Program-made: the position numbers and the translations under genes | The notes under the pieces: model-generated | Database searches by the model: none | What the model was told of the DNA's origin: nothing | What the model saw: the letters and a program-made list of their open reading frames with translations, nothing else | Assembly (NCBI RefSeq): GCF_006345805.1 | Contig: NW_021834532.1 | Coordinates: 1 to 48,979, forward strand | Direction: 5' to 3' | DNA: 48,979 bases | Source: Octopus sinensis | Taxonomy: Eukaryota | Shown here: one piece after another, positions 23,735-34,824 of the stretch | Layout: each line of letters opens with the position of its first letter | How positions within the stretch are numbered: the stretch's first letter is position 1

Positions 23735-24000
23735 GGTAGTGCAGGGATCGGTGGTGTAGTGGTGATGGTGGTAGTGAAGATTGTGGTGGTAGTTGTGTGG
23801 TAGACGTCGTTGTGGTGGTAGTATTGGTGGTGGTCATCGTAATAAAAGTTGCTGTGGTGGTTGTGGGGTGGTGAGGTTGGTGGTGGTGGTTGTGAAACAT
23901 ATGTTAGTGGTGACAGCTGTGGTAGTTGCAGGTATCATAGTAGTAGTATTAGTAGTCCTGGTTGAAAATGTGGTTAGGGTGGTAGTGGTAGTGATTGAAA
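23735..24000. repeat. Degenerate (GTG/GTA)n tract
   Basis: Direct reading. Confidence 0.85.
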
Positions 24001-24061
24001 CAGTTCTGCTAACCTGCAGTTAAGCACTCATATACAGACAGACCAATCGCAATAATTCCTT

Positions 24062-24650
24062 GTAGTTGTTGTTGTTCTTCTTCTTCTTCTTGTTCTTCTT
24101 ATTCTTCTTTTTCTTCTTTTTCTTCGTCTTCTTCTTCTTCTTCTTCTTCTTCTTCTCCTCCTCCTCCTTCTCCTCCTCCACCTCCTCCGCCTCCTCCACC
24201 TCCTCCACCTCCTCCTCCTTCTCCTCCTCCTCCTCCTCGTCATCATCATTTCTTCTTCTTCGTCTTCTTCTTTTTCTTCTTCTTCTTCTTCTTTTCTTCT
24301 TCTCCTCCCCCTCTTTCTCCTCCTCCTCCTCATCATCATCATTTCTTCTTCATCTTCGTCTTCTTCTTCTTCTTCTTCTCCTCCTCCTTCTCCTCCTCCT
24401 CCTCTTTCTTCTTCTTCTCCCTCTTCTTCTTCTTCTTCTTCTGGGGTCGATGTAATCGACTTACCCCCTCCCCCAAATTTTCTGGCCTTGTGCCAAAATT
24501 TGAAACCAAACTAACTGAATCATTGCTGTAGTTGTTGTCTTCTTCTTCTTCTTCTTCTTCTTCTTCTTCTTCTTCTTCTTCTTCACCCTCTTCTTCTTCT
24601 TCTTCTTCTTCTTCTTCTTCTTCTTCTTCTTCTTCTTCTTCTTCTTCTTG
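24062..24650. repeat. (TTC)n/(CTC)n microsatellite containing a SINE B tail (24441-24510)
   Basis: Direct reading; CTGGGGTCGATGTAATCGACTTACCCCCTCCCCCAAATTTTCTGGCCTTGTGCCAAAA is the B tail. Confidence 0.9.
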
Positions 24651-24830
24651 TTCCACCCCTATGTCGGCTATGTTTGATTAGATCTATGATGAAAGGTATT
24701 CCGGCATTGATCATCGTTGCCAGGCAATGCTTATGTTCAATTACATTATCCAGCACCTTTCCTTTTCTTAAAGAGGCGGTGTATGATTTAAGGGATATCT
24801 GGCTGCTATTTTTAACTGCCTGAGCAAACA
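24650..24830 (-). mobile_element. Family F old retroelement tail
   Basis: Reverse complement AAATAGCAGCCAGATATCCC...GCCGGAATACCTTTCATCATAGATC, running into (GAA)n. Confidence 0.55.
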
Positions 24831-25399
24831 CGTAGCAACTCCAGCAATGGCCCGTACCATAAAAAATGTCCTCACATCTGAAATAGTAAATAAAGCTCCA
24901 TAATTTGTGACGTCACGAACGACCTCTGCTTTATAATTTGGATGTTATTTCTAGCGCATCGAGCAAAGACAGAGATTCCGGCGTTTGAATGCAACGAATG
25001 CTTCGTTAATTCAATAATATTTTTTTATACAAAGACATCAAATAGGAATTTATAAAAATCAGAGCTCGCCAATAACAAGGGCTGAAAATAAATCATTAGC
25101 ATAGTCCCTCGTAAACTGTACAAAAATAACTGTGGATGTAGCGGGAGTCGGAGAAGGTGATGACAGATAAGGGAATATTGTATAAAATACAAAAGATGCG
25201 TGAAATAAGAAACCTACATGCGCTGTTCCCTCTCAGCTGTGTGTTTTGTAACCAGTACAGAAAAGAAATTAACGCACACAAAAGTTTAGCTGCCTAAAAT
25301 AATGAATGAATTAATAATTCAGAAATATTAAATTTCTAAATCTCTCATAGATATATGTACGGTGGTGGGGCGATAGAATGGTTGTATACTGTCAATCTA

Positions 25400-25652
25400 A
25401 CGTGAACGTGACCGTAGGGGGTTACACCACCGCTGTTTAGCCCTAGGAAGCATCGACGCCTCTAGACTGATGAAGGACAATGATCCTGAAACATGCGTGT
25501 CTCTAGATGCAGGCCTGGCTGCTGGGGGTGTTTGTCTCCCCTTCGTAAATGTATATAAGGACACAGAAAAAATGTGTCAAAGCCATCAGGAGGCGTCGAT
25601 GCTTCCTAGGGCTAAACAGCGGTGGTGTAACCCCCTACTGTCACGTTCACGT
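25400..25652. mobile_element. 253-bp cassette with 63-bp inverted arms enclosing a hammerhead
   Basis: Arms 25400-25462 and 25590-25652 with one mismatch. Confidence 0.8.
25461..25507 (+). ncRNA. Canonical-core type I hammerhead ribozyme motif
   Basis: TCTAGA-CTGATGA-AGGA-CAATGA-TCCT-GAA-ACATGCGTGT-C-TCTAGA: stem I 6 bp, stem II 4 bp, near-palindromic stem III, GUC site. Confidence 0.8.
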
Positions 25653-25695
25653 GAATTAATAATTATAGTCATTAATATATTATGCATTCAGTGTC

Positions 25696-25750
25696 AAGGC
25701 TCGTGGCTCAGTTGTTAGGGGCGTTCGCCTAACGATCGTAAGGTCGACGC
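25696..25750 (+). mobile_element. Degenerate SINE D head
   Basis: AAGGCTCGTGGCTCAGTTGTTAGGG..ACGATCGTAAGGTC. Confidence 0.5.
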
Positions 25751-25809
25751 GTTATGTATATTATATATATATATATATATATAATATATAATATATTATA
25801 TATATATAT

Positions 25810-25980
25810 AACAATTGCAGCGTGGGAGGTGTTTATAAGCTATTTAAGGACTCACAAAAACCGTTAGATTCACTTAAACATTTAAATTTAATTTGTCAAA
25901 ATATTTTCGTCGCTTTGACAAAACTTCCCGCTGCATCTCTTCTTAAATAGCTTATAAACACCTTCCACGCTGCAATTGTT
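25810..25980. mobile_element. Fold-back element (39-bp arms) with a hammerhead remnant
   Basis: Arms 25810-25848 and 25942-25980, one mismatch; internal minus-strand TTTGTCA...GAA-AATATT-T-TGACAAA. Confidence 0.6.
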
Positions 25981-26276
25981 TTCTTTCCAGCACACGATCT
26001 CAGATCAGGTTACTTGCTATGCAAGTACATCTCCGTATATATATATATATACACATACATATATAGGTTATGAGAAGTAATGATGTCAAGAACAAAGGTG
26101 TCAGGTAATGTTGACTATGTGGTATGGACAGAATTTAGTTATGCTCCAGGTTCGGTGATTATGCAAATGAGGAGTCCAACGTAGGTCATATATTAGCATG
26201 CGTATATATATAAAAAATAACAGAATGAGATAAAACCCAAGGGTGTGAAAGATTTCCGAACATTTATAAATAGAAG

Positions 26277-26324
26277 GTCTTACAGCTGTTTCCGGGCTAT
26301 TTTATATATCCCTTCATCGGAGAC
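26277..26324 (-). ncRNA. Type I hammerhead motif, CCGATGA core (same family as 15034)
   Basis: GTCT-CCGATGA-AGGG-(13 nt)-CCCG-GAA-ACAGCTGT-A-AGAC; flanks 26215-26352 align with 14975-15113. Confidence 0.65.
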
Positions 26325-26430
26325 GGTGTGAGAAGATGGTTAAGCAATAGTTATTCTACATAAGATATGAAATAGAGAGTGAAGTGGAGGAATGAAAATA
26401 GACATATATATATATATATGCACACACACA

Positions 26431-26514
<84 letters not shown>

Positions 26515-27264
26515 GCATATCATATATGTATATGTGTTTGTGTATGTTTGCATTTAGCTGATGCCTTTTCTTCAACGTTTCTTGAAATCATGATGATATT
26601 TTTGATTAGAAATGAAAATAATATTCTAATCCAAGACTAACACAAGCCACGTCAGTTTTGTGTAAAAGGAAGTCGTTTATAAGTGAAAAACGAAATGTAA
26701 TTTGAAAGGGATCTAACATTAACTTGCTTCTGGGTTTAGATGAATGCTTGTGATTTTTGTACTTTGTTTTAAATGCGTTCGCGGTTAGCCCGATGTTTTA
26801 TTTTTATTAGTAGATGTACATTCTTATTGGCAACATGTTGGATTAGAACTCTTTCTGTTATTACTGATCAAAAATGACAACCACAGAGATCGAACATTCT
26901 TGAAACTTAAAGTAGTGACATAAAGCATTAGTCAAAATAATATCACAGCATTCACTTCTTCACTCTCTTTTGAATACTATGGTTTTTGTTTATTATAAGC
27001 AACACATGTGTATTTGTGTGTTACCGTTGATGCATGTGCCTATATATATAATATATAATATATATATATATATAATATATATATATATATATCACATAGA
27101 TACATACACACATATATATGTATATATATATATAACATATATATACATACACACACACTCACACACCACACATATATATATAATCAAAATAAATTTTGAA
27201 TCTAAATTTTGCTGAACTTATTATATATATATATATATATATATATACGCACATACATGCATAG

Positions 27265-27331
<67 letters not shown>

Positions 27332-28171
27332 TCAACATGGACGGAGAGGATCTGTATAAATGAGAGAAGGGGAGTCAGATACTGAAGAATAACAAACATA
27401 GAGAAACTATAAAATAGATGGAAACATAGATAGAGAGAGCGGGAGAGGGAGAGAGGGAGAGGAGGAGATGGAGAGAGGGAACAAAGAGTGTGTAATAGAG
27501 AGACTAGTAGATTAAGAGCTATAGAGCGGGAAATGGTAGAGCGGGAAGACTTGAGCGAAAGTGGAGAAGAGAGAGAGGATGAGAGGGGTGGAAGATGTGG
27601 ACATATCGAAAATCAGTGAAAGGGACTGAGAGACAGAAAGAGTAAGAACGATGAAAAGGAAAGAAGTAAAAAGAAAGGGCGACAAAAAAAAGAAAGAAAG
27701 AAAGAGAGCGAAAGGGAGAAGGGACACATGGTGCTGATTGAGAGACCAATGCAAATGGAGAAGAACTGATATTAAGAAAACATTCATATCTTCGTGTTGT
27801 CTCTTCGAAAGTATTGCATGTAATTATCGATCAGCCAAGGGGACAGTTATAATACCATTGTAATTCCACCTACTTTATGGCACACGTCAGATACAATAAA
27901 ACATCTTTCATTGTTTTCTAGGTTGCAGTTTGAAATAATTGATATCTCAGACAACAGACAAGTATGGTTGAACAGTTGAATTGTAGTACGAGAAATCTAT
28001 GGTTTATCTAGTGTGCAAAGCCAAACCCTTTCGTGAGACTTCCGTGTATAGTATTCCCTTGGGATTTGATAGAAGTTTTTATTTTGCCATAGAACTGTTG
28101 ATTTTTAAAGACCTAAATTTAGAAGATGAAGAACCGAACGAATGGCCTTTGTTGTTTTTGTTGTTACTGTT

Positions 28172-28204
<33 letters not shown>

Positions 28205-28264
28205 TCCCGAAGATCAAACATTTTCGGTCAATGCATATCTACCTATCCCCTACCAGGCTTTCTC

Positions 28265-28316
28265 TCCCTCTTTCTATCTCTGTCTGTCTGTCTGTCTGTT
28301 TATCTCTGTCTCTGTC

Positions 28317-28366
<50 letters not shown>

Positions 28367-28417
28367 TATATATATAAATTTATATACATACATATATATA
28401 CATATATATATACTATA

Positions 28418-28509
<92 letters not shown>

Positions 28510-28732
28510 CATATATATATAATATATATATATATATTTCTACTATGTTTTTCATTCTTTCTTTATTCCATTATACCACTTCCCCAACCCTGGCCCTGCT
28601 CGTACTCTCTTTTAATTGCATTCTCTTCTTTTTCGCCCACACACATACATACATACATACATACATACATACACACACATATACATATATACATATATAT
28701 GCACATAATATATGTGTATATATATATATATA
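28265..28732. repeat. (TCTG)n/(TC)n/(TA)n/(CATA)n microsatellites
   Basis: Direct reading. Confidence 0.9.
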
Positions 28733-28734
28733 GA

Positions 28735-29195
28735 TTATTAAGGTGGTGGTTCGCAATTTATAACCGAAAGGCAAGTGTAGTCGTCACTAAAGTGACAGAG
28801 AGTGCTAATCAGTACCAGCATTGCTAGAAATGAGAGCCAAAACAACACGTAGTCACATGAGAATCCTTTTTTTAACGGCTGACAAGGGAGACAAGTTCCC
28901 TCACTACGACAAGCTAGATGAAGTCATATCAGCGCTGATTTCAGATTTGATTAATCTTCGTCAGTGACCCATTACTCCGTCGCCGAGGGTTAAAGAACCT
29001 GACTCACCCTGTTAGCCTTATAGACAGCACCAGAGGAAACGTCGACTGATTTCGAAAATAGTGAAGTGAGAATCATACATTATTAAGATGACTATTTGCG
29101 GTTTACAACCGAAAGGTAACAAGTATAGTCGTCACATAATTGACGGACATGTGCTAGTGAACACCAGGATTGCTAGAAATAAGAATCAAAACAAC
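28735..29195 (-). mobile_element. About 1.3 units of a 345-bp repeat carrying a hammerhead (pseudo-LTR or retrozyme-like)
   Basis: Diverged direct repeats at 28735-28846 and 29080-29195; (TA)n on both sides. Confidence 0.6.
28923..28968 (-). ncRNA. Canonical-core type I hammerhead ribozyme motif
   Basis: GTCA-CTGACGA-AGATT-AATCA-AATCT-GAA-ATCAGCGCTGAT-A-TGAC: stem II 5 bp, perfect 12-nt palindrome for stem III, AUA site. Confidence 0.8.
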
Positions 29196-29242
29196 TCTTA
29201 TGTGTATGTATGTATACACACATATATATGCTATATGTATAT

Positions 29243-29281
<39 letters not shown>

Positions 29282-29339
29282 ATACACAGACATATTATAT
29301 ATATATACATATATATACATTTATATACACATATATATA

Positions 29340-29393
<54 letters not shown>

Positions 29394-29445
29394 ATATGTG
29401 TGTGGTGTGTGTTGTGTGTGTGTGTGTGTGTGAGTGTATGTGTGT

Positions 29446-29756
29446 GGAGGCGCAATGACCCAGTGGTTAGGGCAGCGGACCTGCGGTCGTAGGATCGCGG
29501 TTTCGATTCCCAGACCGGACGTTGTGAGTGTTTATTGAGCGAAAACACCTAAAGCTCCACGAGGCTCCGGCAGGGGGTGGTGGCGATCCCTGCTGTACTC
29601 TTTCGCCACAACTCTCTCTCACTCTTTCTCCTGCTGGCCTGCTCGCTTAGCCAGCAGGGTGGAGTCGCTTGAAGGCTAAAACAATGCGAAGCGCATTGTT
29701 ACCAGCGATGTGTCGAAACATCTGATAGCCTGGTCGGTCACGGTGATGACGGTGAT
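29446..29756 (+). mobile_element. SINE family C, full length
   Basis: tRNA-like head with A/B boxes through the GGTCGGTCACGGTGAT tail. Confidence 0.9.
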
Positions 29757-29905
29757 TATATAATATATATATATTATAATATATATATTATATATATTAC
29801 GGAGTAGAGTAAGCACATAAATGCGAAACAAGGTGGGAAAAATAGTACTAGAATACCAGAGGTAGAGTAATATGCTTTATTGAAAAACAGCAAAAATATC
29901 ACAAA

Positions 29906-29947
29906 AACTGTTACTCAGAGTTTCACGTCCTCGTTCGTCGGACAGTT
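29906..29947 (-). ncRNA. Type I hammerhead motif, CCGACGA core, in a putative pseudo-LTR (about 29800-29970)
   Basis: AACTGT-CCGACGA-ACG-AGGA-CGT-GAA-ACTC-T-GAGT-A-ACAGTT: stem I 6 bp, GUA site; AATAAA about 25 nt downstream on the same strand. Confidence 0.75.
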
Positions 29948-30039
29948 TCTATACAAAACCGTCCGACAAATCGTGGATTCGATTTCCGGACAAAGTAGCA
30001 TCGAAATTCTTCCATTTCCCAACGTCTTGAGTTGAAATC

Positions 30040-30812
30040 TGGTTAAGGTCTAAAATAAAGTCCTTTTTAAGTGCTGGTTTCGCCTCCCCTCAAACATTGC
30101 TGGCCTTGTACCTAAATTGGAAACCATTATAATAGAGGAAAATGAAATGGCAGCAGATTGGGAGAATTAGTAGAGCATCGAACAAAATATCTTGTGGTAT
30201 TTCGTTACGGCTTTTGGGTTCTTAGTTCAAAGCTCGTCGACCGCAACTGCTTTTCATTTCTCATGTGATGAGAAAGGGGTTTCAGGATTGGTTTTCTATC
30301 TCATCGACAGAACTTTCCACCAACATCGAAGCCTGGTGCTTATGTTAGGAGTCAGTATCATATTAGACAAACTGCGGCCGGCTGGTAGAATTGGTACCAC
30401 ATCAGGAAAAATACTTCGGGGCATTTCGTCTGTCCTTACGTTCTGAGTTCAAATTCCGCCGAGGTCGAATTTGCCTGTCATCCTTTCGGGGTCAAAAAAA
30501 TAAGTACCAGTTGCACACTGCGGTCGATGTGATCGACTTACGCCCTCATCCAAATTTGCTGATCTTGTGTCAAAATTTGGAACCAATTAAACATTAGACA
30601 AGGTGGCAGCGAGCTGACAGAATCGTTAGAGCGACGGACGAAATGCTAAGCAGCATTTCGTCCGTCTTTACCTTTTAAATGCAAATTCGAACGAGGTCGA
30701 CTTTGTCTTTGATCGTTTCAAGGTTGATAAAATAAGTACCTGTTGAGTACCGGGGTAGATGTTACTTAGGCACTCTTCCGAACTTGATCTTAAACCAAAA
30801 TTTTAAATCAAT
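30040..30812 (+). mobile_element. Cluster of about four old SINE B copies or fragments
   Basis: Heads near 30148, 30378 and 30600, with a tail near 30095-30130. Confidence 0.75.
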
Positions 30813-31280
30813 ATTGCATTAGACAAAAAAAAAAAACAACTAAAAAAAAAAACAAAGAAAAAAAAGCAACAAAACCCACAATATACAGCCCAATCGATCT
30901 ATCGTTACAATCCAATAAACATGTCTAACATAATAAAATAAATTACAAGGGAAGGGAGTATAGTGGCTGATATCGATCATGTATGTATCGATCTCCACTA
31001 CTTGATTGATATTTTATTTCATGGACCACATAAGGATGAAAAAAGCAAAACGTTGACCTTTGATAAATTTGATCTTGGTGCTCAAAAATATGGAACTAAT
31101 TGCCGTAAAAGAGAATATTGACTGACCATCGCTCTAGAATCCAATCAGTCACCCTACCACTTCCATTAACAACCAATAAGAACTAAACAAATTATATGGA
31201 AGCATGTAAACCATAATGATGCCATACTAAGGACAGAACTGCCGATCACCTCATTTCTTTCTTTGTCCCTTTTCTCTTAT

Positions 31281-31500
31281 ATTTTACTTGTTTCATTTGT
31301 TAGACTGCGGCCATGCTGGGGCACCGCCTTGAAAAACTCTTAATTGGTGTTTTTTTTTTATTCTACTTTCTTTTGAGCCTGGTACTAATTCTGTCGATAT
31401 CTCATGGCGAACCGCGAGATGACAGGGTGGTAAACATACCAACACCATTCGTCAAGTGGTGGAAGGGGACAAACGCAGACACAAAGACACACACACATAA
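31281..31500 (-). mobile_element. SINE A 3' half (old)
   Basis: TTTTACTTGTTTCA...GACTGCGGCCATGCTGGGGCACCGCC. Confidence 0.8.
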
Positions 31501-31526
31501 ATACATATACATATAAATATATATAT

Positions 31527-31662
31527 AGGTGCAGCGTGGCTTTCTGGTAAGACGCTTGCTTCCCAACCACATGGTTCCGGGCAAGTGTCTTCTACTATAG
31601 CCTCGGGCCGACCAAAGCCTTGTGAGTGGACTTGGTAGACGGATACCGAAAGAAGCCCGTTG

Positions 31663-31664
<2 letters not shown>
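31527..31664 (+). mobile_element. SINE A 5' half
   Basis: AGGTGCAGCGTGGCT..TGGTAAG..GCTTGCTTCCCAACCACATGGTTCCGGG..AAGTGTCTTCTACTATAGCC. Confidence 0.85.
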
Positions 31665-31739
<75 letters not shown>

Positions 31740-31799
31740 GTGTGTTGTGTGTTCGCTAAGTAAATATCGGTAGTTCGTTGTTGCCATTTATTTACTTTG

Positions 31800-31832
<33 letters not shown>

Positions 31833-32039
31833 ATATATATAAATATATATATATATGTGTGTGCATTATTTGTTTTTGTTATGGGCATGGTGTTCTTCTA
31901 CGTGTAAGTTGTAAGTTTGGGTAGTACGTCATTGGGGCATATTTCTTCTTTGAGTGAAGTTTGTGTGCTATGTATGTTCATGTGTAGGAAAAAAATTATC
32001 CAGTTATGGTTACCCTCGTTTATGGGGGAGGGTCTTCTT

Positions 32040-32270
32040 TGAAATATTTGAGTGTAAAATATTGCTTGTGTATGCAGGGAGAGAAGGTTTCACCCCCTAA
32101 TGTTTAAGTTGTTATCTGTTGATTGTTTAAAGTTTAATTTTTCAGCAATACAGAGTTCACATATGGTACCCCTTCCTCTGTATTTTTGGGCTTTAGCAAT
32201 AAGTTTCCATTTTTCTGGGGGTTGCTTATTCTTCCTTCTTTCAAGTGCTTTCTGTTATAGGAGGAGCATG
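32040..32270 (-). pseudogene. Penelope-like element ORF C-terminus (post-GIY-YIG CxxC...CxH region)
   Basis: KWKLIAKAQKYRGRGTICELCIAEKL...NLNIRG/ETFSPCIHKQ with one frameshift; recalled W..I..A..Y....C.LC..EK......LN.R.E....C.H pattern. Confidence 0.6.
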
Positions 32271-32369
32271 TTGTATGCATGTATGTTTGTATGTATGTAT
32301 GTAATCTAGAGTAAATTTTTACTGGCCACCTACTTGCTAGCAAAGTTGTAAATGAAAGCGCCTAATTTT

Positions 32370-32700
32370 AATCATTATCCTTTAAATCTTAATGCCTTGC
32401 AGATTTTTGTAGTCCCAAACATCGTGATCATTTGTAGGGTATGAATTAAGGATTTGTGTCCTCTTCCCAAATTCAGCCATACTTTGTTCCAGATGTGTTT
32501 CTATGCATCCTGTTGCTACAATAATAATTGGTATGAAGCTGAAAGTGTATCTTGGGCACCGGATTTTCTCTTCAACACTGAACAGCTTGTGAGTTCGAAT
32601 ATCTGTCTCATTTAATTTTGGTAGTGACCAGTTCAGAAGGCCAAACGTAGGCGTGAGGGCAGGCACTGAAGAGATGTGAGCAATATGCTTGCTATAAGCT
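32370..32700 (-). pseudogene. R4/Dong-like LINE, internally deleted 3' fragment
   Basis: VPALTPTFGLLNWSL..LNETDIR (compare 41560-41660) fused to FSFIPIIIVATG. Confidence 0.65.
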
Positions 32701-32889
32701 CAGTGATCTAATGGCCATATTCTCTTTACTCTCCTGCGGTATTAATTTCTGGCCCTTTATTTATAGTTCCGTCATATCTGACATTCGTATCTTATCCAAG
32801 ATGCCTATAATTGTCACCTCACTGTAGAGGTAGTACTGCTAAGTCATTTACTCTTAGGTTTGCTGGGAGAGACATTTATTTATTTCTAA

Positions 32890-33400
32890 GAAGTAAAAAC
32901 ATTCTAATTTCCTCCAAAGAAGGATGCTCTGACTTCAATGTACCTGTAGTGCTTCAGCCAGTTCATGACAGCCCCATGGATGTCTTTCAAAGTGAAGGTG
33001 TCCAGGGCTCTTGTGACAGCTTCCTTCATCTTTTTTGATGTCTTCAGAACATCTGCCCTGAGGTTCTTCTTCAGCTTGGGGAACAACCAAAATTTACAGG
33101 GAGCAAAATCTGGACTGTATAAAGAGTGTGGGACAGTTATGATATCCGTTTCTGGCCTGCATTGTCCTGGTGTAGGTGCCACCGACCCGAGTGGAAGAGC
33201 TCTGGCCTTTTGCGATGAAATTTCTTCTTAAACTCCCGCTTTGTTGACCATCTGACCAGAGGGAACTCAATATATGTAGATGATCCTCTCGATGTCAAAA
33301 AAGGAGCTCATCATGAGCTTCCAGGTGGACTTTCTTTGTCTGGCCTACTTGGGTTTAAGGAAGCCAGGATGCTAAAGAGTCTCCACTTGAAATTCTTATG
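32890..33400 (-). pseudogene. Mariner transposase remnant
   Basis: KLMMSSFFDIERIIYI..VPSGQMVN...PHSLYSPDFAPCKFWLFPKLK. Confidence 0.9.
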
Positions 33401-33529
33401 GTTAATAGATGCATACACTTGGGTGTGAGCATCGACAGCTCAACCAACGCATCAACTCAACCACCTATTTACAACCATCGGAAAATCTCGACTTGAATTT
33501 TCAAAAGAGCTTAAATAGACTAAAAGAAA

Positions 33530-33800
33530 ACACATACATACATACACATACGCACACACACACACACACACATACACACACACACGAGTAAAAGAATAAA
33601 AGAATAAAAGAATACACACACACACATACATACATACATACATACATACATACATACATACATACATACATACATACATACATGCATATACACACACATA
33701 CATACATACATACATACATACATACATACATACATACATACATACATACATGCCTCTATGTGTGTGTATAAGTGTGTGTATAAGTGTGTGAGTGTGTGTT
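33530..33800. repeat. (CA)n/(CATA)n microsatellite
   Basis: Direct reading. Confidence 0.95.
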
Positions 33801-33914
33801 GGTATCTATCGTATGTTTATACATTAATAAACTTATCTCGCTTAAAAACAACGACGATGACGTCAACAACATCCATACAAACAACAATAACAAAACACAA
33901 TGATGCCTCTAAGA

Positions 33915-34569
33915 CGGTGGTTCTCAACCCTTTTTGTACCTATGAATCCCTTTGGTTCCTATTTTACTTAGGCGACCCCCTAATGTATAAAAAAATCGTA
34001 TTGTATCTTTATAATTGAATATCATAGGCGCAGGCGTGGCTGTGTGGTAAGTAGCTTGCTTACCAACCACATGGTTCTGCGTTCAGTCCCACTGCGTGGC
34101 ACCTTGGCCAAGTGTCTTCTACAATAGTCTCGGGCCGACCAAAGCATTGTGAGTGGATTTGGTAGACGGAAACTGAAAGAAGCTTGTCGTATATATGTAT
34201 ATATATACGTGTGTGTGTTTATGTGTCTATGTTTCCCCCACCCCCACCATCGCTCGACAATCGATGCTGGTGTGTTTACGTTCCCATAACTTAGTAAAAG
34301 AAGTTCGGCAAAAGAAACCGACAGAATAAGTACTAGGCTTACAAAGAATAAGTCCTGGGGTCGATTTCCTCGACTAAAGGCGGTGCTACAGCATGGCCAC
34401 AGTCTGAAACAAGTAAAAGAGTACAAGAGTATTAAGAATTGTATTTTTAAAAATTCTTAAAATACTTTGTGCATTGTAGAAGTATAACCAATTTATTGGA
34501 GATAAATTTTAATAACAAAACCTTATATGGGTCCCCAAGGGTCATACGAACCCCGGTTGAAAACCATTG
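33915..34569. mobile_element. hAT-like MITE interrupted by a SINE A
   Basis: TIRs CGGTGGTTCTCAACC and GGTTGAAAACCATTG; flanking 8-mers CTCTAAGA and CTTTATGC (degenerate TSD, 5/8 match). Confidence 0.7.
34026..34430 (+). mobile_element. SINE family A, full length
   Basis: AGGCGCAGGCGTGGCTGTGTGGTAAG through GAAACAAGTAAAAGAG. Confidence 0.95.
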
Positions 34570-34584
34570 CTTTATGCGGTCACT

Positions 34585-34780
34585 TGATATGCTAGAGATA
34601 GCTGTCAAATATTTCTTGAATCACACTCTAGCTTTTCTTAAAAAACGAGGAGGCACGTTGAATAAAATAGGCAATCATATATCTGAAATAAAATTGCTGA
34701 GGGTGAACACGATAGATTGGTCTTAAACCATCTGAAGCACTTAAAATCAAGCAGGGACGAATCAACAATAACAACGACGA
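34585..34780 (+). mobile_element. Family F old retroelement tail
   Basis: ATGCTAGAGATAGCTGTCAAAT..TGAATCACAC...ending in (AAC/GAC)n. Confidence 0.45.
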
Positions 34781-34793
34781 CGACGACGATAAT

Positions 34794-34824
<31 letters not shown>

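Noticed and set aside
27999-28733. 244-aa ORF with apparent membrane and poly-Cys segments
   Set aside because: The hydrophobic and Cys runs derive from (TTG)n, (TC)n and (TA)n.
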